Assembly: GCA_017654855.1 (NCBI GenBank)
Contig: CM030335.1
Coordinates: 3,162,001 to 3,226,000, forward strand
Source of the DNA: Podospora anserina
Taxonomy: Eukaryota
Reading direction: 5' to 3'
DNA length: 64,000 nt
Part shown: in pieces, positions 12,101 to 23,897 of the stretch
Numbering within the stretch: the stretch's first letter is position 1
Layout: each line of letters starts with the position of its first letter
Program-made: the position numbers and the translations under genes
Notes under the pieces: model-generated
Databases searched by the model: none
What the model was told of the DNA's origin: nothing
The model's input: only the letters and a program-made list of their open reading frames with translations

Positions 12101-13028
12101 TCGGCGCAGCATCTGTCAATAACCTAAGCCTTTCGCTCCTGCGCTTAGCATGCTTTCTCCAAGCAACATTTCCAACCACCAGAACAGCTGCCAAGAAGAG
12201 CAGAGCGGTGTAGGTAAAGATAGACGCAAACGACAAGCATGGCAGAGCACCGACGTAGCATGATCCAGCCTCTTCGACATCTGGAAGCTCGGGGCAAACC
12301 GCAGGGCAATCGATACAGGCGCAGCGGAAGTTTGGGTCCTCGTCATTGCACTTTTTCGGTACCATCGGCCGTGGCTTCATATTACGTTCAGGGTAGTCGA
12401 CTGGGAAGTTGATCTGGAATGGCGAACCGCCCAGTCTCTCTTGCCCAAGGAACTTGAGCAGTTGTGTGTAGTTTTTGGCACCGCCTCCAATCAAGTCCAT
12501 CGCCCTCGAGTTTGTTGGACCGAACTTGACATCCTTGCAACTTTCGTAGAAACCTGTCCCGTACTCCTTGGATATTAACTGATCCAGTTCTGTCACCAGC
12601 GTCTTTCCTCCCTTTTCCATTGTTTTCGTCACATTGATGAACAACGACTGGTCGGGGGAGCAGGTAAAGGTGCAGAACATGTTGAAGAAGTTGTCCTTGC
12701 ATGCCGGGCACGACGAAATGATCTGGTTGGCGGTCTGGAGGTTTGACTTGAGAGCGTCGACCTGCTCGGCATCGCAACATACTGGGCCCTCGCTCCATTT
12801 TGGACCGCAAAAGTCTACCAGCTGTTTGCGCAGCTTATCGTCAGGCTGCTCGGCAAGGCCGTTGTCGAGGCAAGGTAGTTGAGAGCCAAAGAAGCTCTTG
12901 GAACCACAATGTCCGCGAATTGCGCAGCGACCGGCTTCGTGTTTCGGGGTGTAGCCAGCGTCGACGGCCGTGCTGAGTACGGTGAGTAAGAGTCCGCCCG
13001 ATGCGAACAGCTGCGATAGCTTCGTCAT
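9192..13028 (-). CDS. NCR1: Niemann-Pick C1-like vacuolar sterol transporter (patched/SSD family)
   Basis: Signal peptide from ATG 13028, Cys-rich NPC1 N-terminal domain (SSCPACKDNFFNMFCTFTCSPDQSLF), sterol-sensing domain (VIPFIVLAVGVDNIFLIV), LNAVSLVNL...GIAVEFCAHI and FEIYYFR motifs. Single exon. Confidence 0.96.
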   Translation of the reverse strand: MTKLSQLFASGGLLLTVLSTAVDAGYTPKHEAGRCAIRGHCGSKSFFGSQLPCLDNGLAEQPDDKLRKQLVDFCGPKWSEGPVCCDAEQVDALKSNLQTANQIISSCPACKDNFFNMFCTFTCSPDQSLFINVTKTMEKGGKTLVTELDQLISKEYGTGFYESCKDVKFGPTNSRAMDLIGGGAKNYTQLLKFLGQERLGGSPFQINFPVDYPERNMKPRPMVPKKCNDEDPNFRCACIDCPAVCPELPDVEEAGSCYVGALPCLSFASIFTYTALLFLAAVLVVGNVAWRKHAKRRSERLRLLTDAAPSDDEDEGDLTQNPAMLDRPQKTYIINTWCDAAFSRLGHAAARFPAITILTSVIVVMILSAGWLKFDIEQDPARLWVSPTSAAAQEKAFFDTQFGPFYRAEKVFLVNDTNPEGPGPVLSYETLLWWMEVEESVRKLKGPQFDSSFQNLCLKPTGSACVVQSVAAYFQNDPDQVSPDGWKKTLRQCAQSPVECRPEYGQPLEPSMILGGYPKGSEDPTEATAMTVTWVLNNHAEGSFDAELAMDWEEALKQRLLLLQEEAKERGLRLSFSTEISLEQELNKSTNTDAKIIVISYIAMFLYASVALGSTTLSFREFINNPSLALVESKFTLGVVGILIVLMSITASIGLFSWAGLKATLIIVDVIPFIVLAVGVDNIFLIVHEFERVNLSHPDDMVEQRVSRALGRMGPSILFSAITETICFALGAFVGMPAVRNFAIYAAGAVFINAILQVTMFISVLTLNQIRAEDSRADCFPCIQVKSARIHLSGNNGSPGARYYESPPESFLQQFIRKTYAPRLLGKKTKAAVVAIFLGIFAAGVALLPEVELGLDQRVAIPDDSYLIPYFNDLYAYMEAGPPVYFVTREFNGTKRSEQQKICARYTTCEQLSLTNILEQERKRAEVSYVSTPTASWIDDFFQWLNPDNEACCVDRRKPCFAKRNPAWNITLSGMPEGEEFTYYLKRFLSAPTDEDCPLGGQASYGSAVVVDSARNTIPASHFRTSHRPLRSQEDFIKAMASARRIASDISESTGLDVFPYSLFYIFFDQYASIVGLTTALLGSAVGIVFIVSSILLGSVLTAAVVTLTVIMAIVDIIGAMAVMGVSLNAVSLVNLIICVGIAVEFCAHIARAFMFPSRRYMERAKNRFRGRDARAWTALANVGGSVFSGITVTKILGVTVLAFTRSKIFEIYYFRVWVALVVFAASHALVFLPVALSLGGGEGWVDPESEGGLEADLTSRRYRALMPEEESDSDADA

Positions 13029-13938
13029 CGTGCGGGATAAGGCCGCTCGGCGGCGGGCTGACAGAGGGGCTGATAGAGCCGTCAACAAACGGTGGGGATA
13101 TCGAGATTTCGTGCTCTGTATTGCAAAGTATCACAAATCCCAAAAGCAGTCGTGAAACTGCTCAGGAAAAAGCGAGCGGTGATGATGAAGAATCGGGTGT
13201 TGTGTTGAATGTTGGGGGAGTTGGGGATGGCCGAGAGGAAGGAGCGGCGGATGCAGCTGGTGCCTCGCTGCGTTGGCATCCCAATGCCGTCATGCGTCGC
13301 AGAATGGCCGACGCCGATTGGCTGCGTTGTTCTGGGGAAGCCACCAAACCGTATTGGGAAGTCTGTGCCTGAGGATCGATCCGTGATGGGGTGGCTGGAG
13401 CGATGCCAAGACGGCTTGTCTGCAGTCAGTCATCTGTTACTCTGTAATTAGTAGACATTCATCTATATCAGTTTGACGATATACAAGAACCATCTATCTG
13501 GTGTTTGTACTGTCGACAGCCTTGAGATATCTTTGTGTGATTATAAACGTATTTTTCCGGGCTGTGGTAAAGGAGCACAAAGTGAAAATGTCCGCTAGCC
13601 CATGCTTGTGACCTGGAACTAACCTACCATCATGGCCTCATGGAGGGTTTCGTCTGCAGTCGTTGGGCCATCTGCTCGACCAAATGGTCGGTTCGCACAC
13701 TGCATTTCAAACGTTTAGATGGTATCTCTAATTACATGACGTTCATGCCATCAAAACACTGTCCAGAATACCAACATTGTCAGTTCACTCCTCCAAAAAG
13801 TTCCCTCGCTATACTACCCAGACAATGCCCGTTCATCTCATCATGACCGTATATCCCAACAAACGCCGCTCCCATATTATCAACCAGACAAACCAGTATG
13901 CACACATATCCCGACAGAGCGCCGTAACAATCCAACAA

Positions 13939-15309
13939 TCATACCCTTCCCCTAATATGGAATGAGCCTGTCAAGGTCTCAACCCTCCATCCGTCATTCT
14001 TCAGCATGGCTCCAACAGCCTGGCGCAAGCGTGAAACCCCGCCGGCAGAGTGCCTCCCAAGACCAGTGACCACAGTAAAGCCCGGATCTCTTGCTTCTGC
14101 TGCCCGGTTTTCTCCGAGATTGTTCCACCACCTCCAGACATGCTCCCTCGCGATGCGAACACCGTCCAGAACGTGAACCCCGTGAAGATCAACCATGATG
14201 GCTGTGCTTTGCTGTCGAGCACGTTCATCTGCGTATTCCGAAGCTTGTCTGAACGCTACACTGGCCTGTTCCCGCGCTCGTTCCACATACACCACCGCGC
14301 CTTGCCTTGCAAGAGGTCCTTGGCGTCGAAGCGAGGCAGCTGAATGCAGGTGAGAGGTTCCGAAGTCCAATTGAGGTGTAGGTGATAGAATTGCCGCAGT
14401 CTTCTTCGATGCTGGTGATGAGCTGGTATTGATGGCCGGTAATGAATATGGTTGTATGCGCTTTGGTGTTGCCCGGCCTGAGGATGGCTGAATGAAGTCT
14501 CTTGCGCCGTGAAGCTCTTCGCCGTCGGTTGCTACCGACGTTGCTTTGTAGTTTACTGCCAACACATTCTTCTTTGGTAATCCTTTCCGACGTTTGCCTT
14601 TTCCTTTGGGAGGGTACTGTACATTGTCGCCCACAAAGAATGCATCGATGCCTTTCGTGATATCGCCCGAGTCCTCGAGAAACTGCCGGTTGAGCAAATC
14701 GTCAAATGTACGGTTCAAGTCGCCACCATTCTCCCCGAGAATGCGCCTAAGAGTGTGCTCGGTAAACCGGTCAATGAAGATCCCTCGAAGCTCTGCGATC
14801 TTGTGGTCCTCGGTGAAAGTTGCCGGGTCGACAAGGATCTGGTTCTCAAGAGAGTCAGATGAAAAGTCAGAAGGCGATGTGCCAGTGTAGTCACCGCCTG
14901 AACCATCTGAGATGCGATTGTCGCTTGTCGTTGTCGCATCGTCAAGACGAGGCTCATCCAGGTCCGGCACACTGAATCCGAGGCCTGATGGATCAAATCC
15001 GGTGGCCGCTTCCGCGGTTGCGCTCTCCGCCAGTCCTCTCAGGACTCTCGTGATCTCATCATAGTCTTTCTCAATGTCATAGTCCTGAGTCAGAAGGATA
15101 ATCAGGGATTCTTCCAACACTGAACCAAAGTCATCCTAATAACAAACAGAAGGGTAAGTTTTTTGCATTTATATTTACACCGGTGAGTTGTGTCTCGGTG
15201 AGACATGGCATTGGAGAGGCGGAATGAAAGAAGTACTTACAATCAGCTGTTTGCGGTTCCGCTCGGCGCATGTTTGTGTGCCCGCGTCGAGCGGGCCATT
15301 TCCCCCCAT
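13939..15309 (-). CDS. CUE2: CUE + Smr domain endonuclease (Cue2/N4BP2-like, no-go decay)
   Basis: C-terminal Smr motifs VDLHGVHV and VVTGLGRHS; CUE-like IAELRGIF...LNRTFDDLLN. Exon 1 is 15309-15241 (23 codons); intron 15240-15136 (GTAAGT...TAG) joins in frame. Confidence 0.8.
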
Positions 15310-16429
15310 CACGGAACAATGTGTCTAGGTTCAAATAAGAAACAAAATAAGCTTTACACTTCAACCGCTATATAGCGCTGCCCGTTGCCAAAAAACAAAC
15401 AACATGTTGCAGTGGAGTGGAACGGAGCTGTGATTGAGGGCTGTGGAGTTTGTGGATGTTGTCGACGACAAACGGAATCCTTATCTTATCAGTTCCAGCC
15501 CAACCCTGTGTAACAGCGCACAGACCAGGGTTGATGAGCATCCATGATGAAGAAGAGAAGCTTTTAATGAGCAATGTATTAATATGATATCATGTAGACA
15601 ATTGAACTGGTCAAAATAGCTTCTTAATGATGGAGCTAAACTGGACATGTTTTTTTCTCTGCCATTAGAGATTTTGGGACCGCCTTGTGTCTGCCGGACG
15701 CAACGCTGTGTGACGGACCGGAGCATGTGCAACAGCGCGCCATCCCCACAGTCCAACGGCTGCTTCTCCAACCTGAAAGTCAGGTAGACCAATGCTCCTG
15801 GAGAACAAAGAGGTCATCTTCGTGGCTCCCTTTCTGATACCTTCTGGCTGCCAGCTTCCCTTTATTCAGCCCTGAAGATATGAATCACATGACCCGCCAT
15901 GCGCCAAGTCAGAACCGAAGGCCCTGGGACGAACTGCTGGGACGATCTATCTGTGGCGTCACTGTGCAGTAGTCCAGTTTTAACATCACAACGTCCACAA
16001 ATACCGTTGTCCAAGCGACTTGAATAAACAGAGAGGTTCATACCTCGCTCTCAGCAACAAGTTTCTCTGGACACATCGCATCTTTACAGCATGAACATTT
16101 TGTCATCTGCCACCACATATCCAAGAGACGAAAAAACTAATGACATGAAACTATGAGCTGTCATCGGCCGACTCGTGGTCGCTGAAGATCGGACGCCCCA
16201 CGCCGCCCGATAACCCGACAGGGGTAACAGGCACGCTGTTCCTGTTCCAGCTTGACAGCACCTCCCTCGGCACCCATTCCAGGTTCTCAACCACGCGTTT
16301 CCGGAAATTCGCCGGACGAGGACACGAGAGGAAAACTTGTAAATAGCTGCTTATCCCCGCCTGGACTCTGTTTGCACCTTTTGCCAGGACATCTTTTAGG
16401 ACAAGTCCTATGCCAAGACATACAAAGTG

Positions 16430-18346
16430 ATGGCCCAACGTCAACGATTCCTCAACTATCCGGAGCCCTTGAAGGGGTGAGTAAGCCATATCACCCTTGA
16501 CAGTCAGGCAAACTGACCACATTACGACAGTCCCGATGTACCATACGAAAATGAAAGAGGCAGCAACCCAGCCATCAGCGGCGTATTTCTTATGATAGCT
16601 GCAAATCTGTGAGTGTTGCGGGCCCAGTTGATAATCTTTGGACGCCTTACTGATACAGAACGCAGTATGGAATGGTTCCGGTTGCTAAGAGAACTGATAT
16701 GGAACAACACCGGATTCGGCTCACTGAGAAAGATTATCCCATACATTGAGGAGTATGAGCCATGGTTCGAACCACAGATTGTACCATTACCAGAAGAAGT
16801 CGACAAGGAGCCACTGCAGAACGAGCCAGCAGAAGAAGACACCAAACCCGATGCTGCCGTATTCTATCCGGAAGCAAAGTACTACTCCGTTGAAGACTAC
16901 CGCAAGTTGTATCTCTCCGGCGCCATCACCCCTCTCGATGTGGCCGAGGCTCTGCTGCCACTAATCCGCCGAGACATTCAAAACGCCTCGGAACACTCCA
17001 TCGCCTTTTTCCAAGTCCGAACCGAACGGGTTCTCGCCTCAGCCCGGGAATCGACTCTTCGCTACAAAGAAGGCCGGTCTCTCGGGCCCCTCGACGGTGT
17101 TCCCACAGCCGTAAAGGACGAGTACGACATGGAAGGCTACTCCACCACCCTTGGCTCCCCGAATGTCTACGCCGATTCTTCCACCAACAAGACCACCTCC
17201 TGGTGTGTCCAGCAAATCGAAGCTGCTGGTGCTCTGATTCTCGGCAAACTCTCCATGCACGAATTCGGCCTCGACACCACAGGCAACAACCCCCATTACG
17301 GCACTCCACGAAATCCCCACAACTCCAATTACTACACCGGCGGCTCCTCCTCCGGCACAGCCTACGCCGTCGCCGCAGGTCTCATCCCCATCGGTCTCGG
17401 CTCCGACGGCGGAGGCTCCATCCGCATCCCGTCCTCCCTCTGCGGTATCTACGGCCTCAAACCCACCCACGGCCGTCTTTCCTTCCGCCCCGGTCCCAAT
17501 CACTGCGTCACCTGTGCTTGTCTCGGCCCCATCGCAGCAGATATGTCCTCCCTCGCCGCTTTGTTTTCCGTCATTTCAACCCCGCATTCATCCTCCCCTT
17601 TCCCACCTCTGCCCTCTCCGTTGAAAATCCAACTCCCGACGCCTGATGACGCAAAAGTGTTGGGAATCCCTCAGGCGTGGATATCCCAAGCCACACCCGC
17701 GATCCAAACCCTAGTCAACACCCTCATCCGCACTCTGGTGTCCAAACACGGGTACACCACTGTTCCCGTCACCATCCCATTTTTACAAGAAGGGCAAATC
17801 GCACACGCCATGACCGTCCTAACAGACGCGGCTACTTTGTTACCGGAGTATAAAAACCTCACCTACGCCAATAGGATCCTCTTGGCGCTTGGGCGAACAA
17901 CCCCGGCAACGGATTACATGCTCGCGCAAAAACTCCGAAGGTTGCTGATGCAGCATTTGGCGTGGTTGTGGGAACAGCACCCGGGTATGATTATTGTCAC
18001 TCCGACGACGGCGTGTGAGGGGTGGGAGATTAGGGGTGGGACGGGGGAGTTGAGGTATGGGTTGAATGATGGGGATAGGACGATGCAGAGTATGGAGTTT
18101 GTGTGGTTGGGGAATTTTTGTGGGTTGCCGAGCTTGAGCTGTCCGGTTGGGTTTGTGCAAGGGAAGGGGGGGGAGGTACCGGTGGGGGTTATGGCTACGG
18201 GGGAGTGGTGTTCGGAGAGGGAGTTGATGGGGTTTGGGGGGGTGGTGGAGGGGGTGGTGAATCGGGAGGGGAGGGGGAGGAGGCCGGGGGGGTGGGTTGA
18301 TGTTGTTGGGAGGGCGAGGGGGCTTAGGGTGAGTAGGGGGGAGTAG
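16430..18346 (+). CDS. Amidase-signature family enzyme (fatty acid amide hydrolase-like)
   Basis: GPLDGVPTAVKD, GKLSMHEFG, TGGSSSG and GSDGGGSIRIP (Ser-cisSer-Lys triad). Introns 16477-16530 and 16609-16665 (GTGAGT donors) give a continuous frame from MAQRQRFLNYP. Confidence 0.92.
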
Positions 18347-20867
18347 GGGGGGTATTGTGATGTCGAGAGGTGTTGGGAAGGGGGGGGGTTGAGCAATGTG
18401 TATAGCGAGTAGATATTGTGGGGGTATTAAATGGTAGGTATGCTGTAGAAATAGAGTACATCCATTGCTACCCACGCTACCTTGTACTGTTAGGCCATGT
18501 TGAGTGCGTCTGGATTTTGTGTCACTTCGGGAAAAGTTCTAGATGTCTCTCGATTTGCATTCCGACAGGCCAGGTCGTGATGCTCCGGCGACATGGGACT
18601 TTAAGGCAAAACCATACGCGGCTTTGGATGAACATGCTATTATGAGGACATCCGAAGTGCCTGCGCTCTGACAGTCAACGCGCGTTTACAGACAAAGATC
18701 GGATTTCTCCGTCCGATCGGAGCTATCAAACGTTATTTCGCATCGTACTCTGCAGCAGTCAACAGGGCAACGAACAGGTCGTGGTGTCTTTGGCAAGGCA
18801 ACGGGCCCTAAAAAACTGCCGGGTCTGAGACCGTCGGGCCTAGGTTGTGTGAGTGATGAGTTGCCACTTTGGAGGAGTCTCTGAAGAAGTCCACAGCTGT
18901 AAGAGGCAGTTTCAAAGCCAAAAGACGACTCTTTGCTTTTTGGAGCAAAAGCCAGCCCCTCTACAACCCCCTTATCTTCACTTTGGCGAAAAGGTGACAG
19001 TGACCCCTTGCCACCGGCCGTTGCTGGCGGCAGTGGGATACACAAGTCCCTGTGGTTGGTTGGGTAGCGCCCGCTCTCTTTATTGGCCGCCCGAGATGAC
19101 AATATCATGCATGCATCGCACGCCGCTTCCAAGATGTGAATGGTTCATTTTGTGAGTCTTTTTTTAAAATGAATCTGATTGATTGCATTGTCAATGGGGC
19201 TTCAGTCACAAGCGGAGGGGAGAGGGAGGGAGAGGGGGGAGCAAAACCAGAGAGGCTTCTTTTTATTCTCTTTGGGCTTCCAAAAAAAAAGTACCAAGCT
19301 TCGCACCCGATAACAGTGTGGGGCACACATTTGAGGGTTGGATGAATCGGGGATTTTCTTTTCCCCGGTTGATACTCCGTATCAAGATTTGTTCTTTTTG
19401 GAGAAAGTTTATGAATGAGGGGGAACTGGAAACATCAGGCCAGCGAGCCGTGACGATCAAGCAGACTCAGCCCGTTTTTCTCGATGGATTGTCCTGGTTC
19501 TCTTTGGCGTTGTTGGAACAGAAAACAGCCTTGAAAGGCCAGGGATCAGGGAGATCTGGCCGATGACATCGTCAGCGCCACTCCAGTGAAACCCCGTTCT
19601 TGCGCGTGTGGACCGGATCCAGCCGGTCATTTCGGGTCGATTTTACTTCGTATATGCGTATATTATCTTATACAGATTGTTGATGGAATGGAGTGGACAC
19701 CTGTTCTGGAAAAGAATGAATGACACCTGCCTATTCAGCTGAGAGAGGGGAACAGACAATACAAGGTCTTTCTGTGTCCCCTGTTAGATATGACGATGAA
19801 TCCGACTGGCCGGGTCTTTTGTACATTGTTGTATGTATCAATCTCTGAGGCTCAGCTCGCACAAAGGGGGGGCCCGCTACCCTAAGAGCATCGTACCTGA
19901 ACCATCAGGCTGGGGAGACCCTCACAGGAGCTGACGGCATTGTCCCTGCAGCTGTGAGAGGTGGTCCTGACAGGAGGAGGGGAGAGGAATGTGGACGTGA
20001 GAATGTGAAAGCCCCCAAATAGACAAATTTGGGCGCCAAAATGCACGGCTTCAGCGTGTTGACAGTGGCTGCACGTGACAGTACCCACTGTTGTTTGCCG
20101 CTAATGCAGGCTCTCAGAGCGGTGGGCCAAGGAAATCTACGCCTGATCTGGACCATCGCCCCGGCCTCCCCTAGCACCCACCTGGGCAACGCTTTCAATT
20201 TACCAGCCAGTGGCCTGCCCGCCGTTCGTTCGTTACCATACCATTGAGGGAAGAGAGGAGAACAGCCGCCTGTGCCTTTGATTTGCCTTTGCCTACGCCA
20301 TTTGTTCCCCTCTCCTTCCCAAGACTCTGCTACCTGCTTCACCTCCAGACCGAGCGAGGACTGCCTGTTGCCAGCAGCACCGCAAGAGCCTCTCCACGGT
20401 CATCGGAGGCCTTGTAAGACATTGAAACGCCCGCGTATCCCCGTGTCTCGAAACCCTTCTCGCATGGAACCTTGATCGGTCGAATCCGTTGTCTACTCCC
20501 CACCAGAGTCCAGAGACATACTCAGCCCAGGTGCTTGACTGACGCGCAAATCCAACCGGCCGAACATCTTCCTTTTCTTCCTCGAATTCTCTCCCTCAAG
20601 CTCGAACCCCTCCTCAAGGCACCGGCCCTCTTGTCTTACGTCCCGACGATCTGCCTCAGTTGCCAAGCGCCGTTGCGCCCAGGATTCTCCGCATCAAAGA
20701 CTTGGTCGTTTTGAGTTCAAGTGCATCGAGCAACAGCCGCATCCTCCGCCCATGATAGATAGACGATAGCACTACTGCAAGCGGTCGATCGGTACAAGGA
20801 AGCGAAGAAGAGCACACACAGCTCGTGGGTGGGATCAGGCCCTCCTAGAGGCCCAATACTAGTCGGG

Positions 20868-23800
20868 ATGATGGTGCGTAGAAGAAGGCTTCCGAACACC
20901 TTCCGTTCCGGGTTCCGGGCGCCGAGTGCTGGGATGTCGGATGTCAGGCTCGGGGTCTTTCGGCCGCTGACCGCTGCCGAGTTCCTGGATGCTGGGCATG
21001 GGAACCCTCGTGTCGCGAGACCCGAACGGCCGTGCAAGCGCATGGAGGGAAAAAAATATGGGCCCCAGTGGGCCAGGGGCTGTTCCTGATGTGTGGCTAG
21101 TAATAGCGATCGCTGACAATCGCCTCGGACGATTCAACAGACTTCCAGACTCCGCGATGTTGGCAGCAGCTTTGCCAACCGTCGAGGCCACGCCAGTCAA
21201 CTATCCATCTCAGACCCGAGCCATCACGTCACCGAAGCGATCGGCACCATGTACGGCGACGACGAAGATTCTGGCGCCGAGGACAACCGGCCACTTAGCT
21301 TTATCGCGTCCAAGAGTTCCAGCGAGCAGTTGGGCAAGGCCCCCAGGCCGGACGACCCGGCCGACGACAGACTACGACTGGTGCGCACCACCTCGGACCA
21401 GACGAGCACCGTGACCGCTCCGAGTAATGCCAGTCCCAACGGCAACCCCCTTCGAAAAACCCAGACAGTTCCGTCCCGCATCCCCACAGAACGAAGCAAC
21501 TCGCATGATGGCGTTCGATCCCCCCTGTCGCCATTGTCCCCGACGCCCTCCCTCCGCGATGTCCAGGCCGACGACTCTGGATTTCCCCTGACCAACATCG
21601 ACAATGCCAATGACATTGCACAGGAGCTCAGCAACCTTCAGGCGCTGCGACGCATGTCTATGGATGTGTCCAACACACACGACCCCGATCTCCTGCCCTT
21701 TTCTGGCGTGTCTTTGATGGCCATGCCGTCAATAGCCCCCACCGGCGATGACGACGAAGCAGATCCAAGCCGGTTGCTATGGGTGCCAGCACGAGTACAC
21801 CCCGAACTCGACACCGGTGCTTTCAAGACGTTCCTTGAAAATCGGGTGCAAACGATGAAGCGGAGGTCGGGAGACTCGTTTCTCTCGGTTGATGGGGCAC
21901 AAGTCGGTGGTGGTTCGGGAAGCCTGAGACGGAAGAAGTCGATGCTGTCGAGACAGGTCAACACTCATACTGAAAACGGAGACAGTTATACCGACGGTGC
22001 CGAACGGCTTCGACGAAATGGCTCCCTCCCAGACTACTCAACTCCCGAGCTCAGTCTCAACGAACTCGTCAACGACCCAACAAGCGTGGTGCAGAAGCTG
22101 GCGCACGAGACCAGAGGGGAGGATGGTGGGGCAGATAGTCCGATCCTGCCTGTGGCGCCAGGCATGGGGCTTCGGCGGTCAACCAAGACGACTTATAGAA
22201 AGGGCGGCAGTCAGCGGTTTGCAAAGAAGCTTGGGGAGAAACAGGTGGCCAGCAAGATGTCTTCTGAGGAATCGCCACCGCTTCCTCCGGTGGACCCATC
22301 CATTGGCAAGCCCTTGACGCGGGTCATGTCGGAGCCAATCGCCGAGAATTACTCGAGGCCAACGCGGACTGTCAGAAGACAACAGAACTTCTCGCGCGAT
22401 GGCTTGGACTCTGTTGCCGGTTCTGCTCAGGAGGGTGAAACGACAGCCGCCTCGCCTCCCTCGTCGCCCCCCCGCAAAGAGTCATTACCGGTCAGGGCAG
22501 CCTCAGCAGCAGCACGGACTGCTACCGCGCCAGCCATTCCTCAGATTGTCGAGACGCCGCCGGTCGAAGAAGCCAGCTCATCACCGGAGAGATCGACGTC
22601 CCAGAAGGAGACGCAAAAAGACCAGGCTCATCAGCCTCCTGCTGATGGCCCTCCGGCTCGCTCCAGCAAACGGCCATCACCCAGCAAACCTGCCCAGTCG
22701 GCTGCTGGAACGGCCGGGAGCTCGAGCGCTAACCCTCTCGAGAAAATCAGCCACCCAGAGGCGTTACCTGATAACAGCAACTCTACCACGAGCAGCTTGA
22801 CATTTATCCCCACATTTGACAACGTCGAGAAGAAGGCGGATAGGAAGAGCAAAGATAAGGATGAAACCGAGAGCATAGCATCGACAAAGTCGACCTCGAG
22901 TTGGAAGTGGTTCAAGAGCGGGGATAAGGAGAAGAAGAAGAAGGAGAAGGAGAAGGAAGAGGAGAGGGAGAGGGAGAGGGAGAGGGAGCGGGAGCGGGAG
23001 AGGGAAGAACAGGCTAGGAAGGCCAAGAGCAAAGCTAATGAGAAGGGCCATGATAATGCTCGTCTTGATGTTTTGCAGAACTCCATCGACAACCCCAAGG
23101 GCCGCGAGAGCCTCCGGTTGGACCGAGAAAGCATCGAGGGCTTACCGCAGGACGACAAGAAGAAAGAGACGATGCGCAAGTCTAGCGACAGCAAGCGAGG
23201 AGACGGCTTTTTTGGCGGCCTTTTCGGAGGTTCAAAGAAGAAGTCGGAAAAGGAGGCTGCGCACAAGAAGGAGAAGCAGCGGGCACTTAGTCCAGAGCCA
23301 CCGGCACGTATCTTGCGTCCCGACATCGATTACCACTGGACGCGGTTCCCCATCATCGAAGAGCGTGCCATTTACCGCATGGCTCATATCAAGCTCGCAA
23401 ACCCTCGACGTCCCCTCCACAGCCAGGTTCTGCTCAGCAACTTTATGTATTCGTACCTCGCAAAGGTGCAGGCTATGCACCCGCAGCTTAACGTGCCGAT
23501 TTCGCCGCAGCAAAAGAGGCAGGAAGAGGAGCGGAAACGTCGCGAAGCGGAGCAACAGGCGTTGGAGCAGCAGATGGCCGCTCAGCAGGCTGCCCAGGAT
23601 GGGAACTTTGACTTTGAGTACCATCGGGTATGTATCCCTTGTTAACAACACGCTAGAACCTCACTAACGAACAAACGACAGTCGGGCAGTCAGTACGGTG
23701 ATTCTCCTGTTCAGCAGGGCGATGACAGCGTCCAATATGTGGACGATTCTCAGATATACGAGTACGAGCACGGGGGCCAGCAGCAGCAATACCAGCAAAA

Positions 23801-23897
23801 CGGCGCCAATGGCAACGGCCATGCACATCAGCACGACCAGAATTACTACTACGCGCAGGGTGATGGCAATGGGAACGAGAGGAACGACATGTGGTAG
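20868..23897 (+). CDS. ZDS1: Zds1-family protein (PP2A-Cdc55 regulator)
   Basis: Zds_C motif RFPIIEERAIYRMAHIKLANPRRPLHSQVLLSNFMYSYL and N-terminal LLWVPARVHPEL. Exons 20868-20873 (ATGATG), 21141-23627 and 23682-23897; both introns have canonical donors and branch sites. Confidence 0.92.
22963..23003 (+). repeat. Coding (GAGAGG/GAGCGG)n hexamer repeat encoding (ER)n in ZDS1
   Basis: gagagggagagggagagggagagggagcgggagcgggagagg read directly. Confidence 0.9.

Noticed and set aside
9345..12882. Long plus-strand ORFs antisense to NCR1, and similar ones opposite UFD4, SEC3 (49483-50952), COQ5 and the amidase
   Set aside because: Shadow ORFs caused by codon bias of the real genes.
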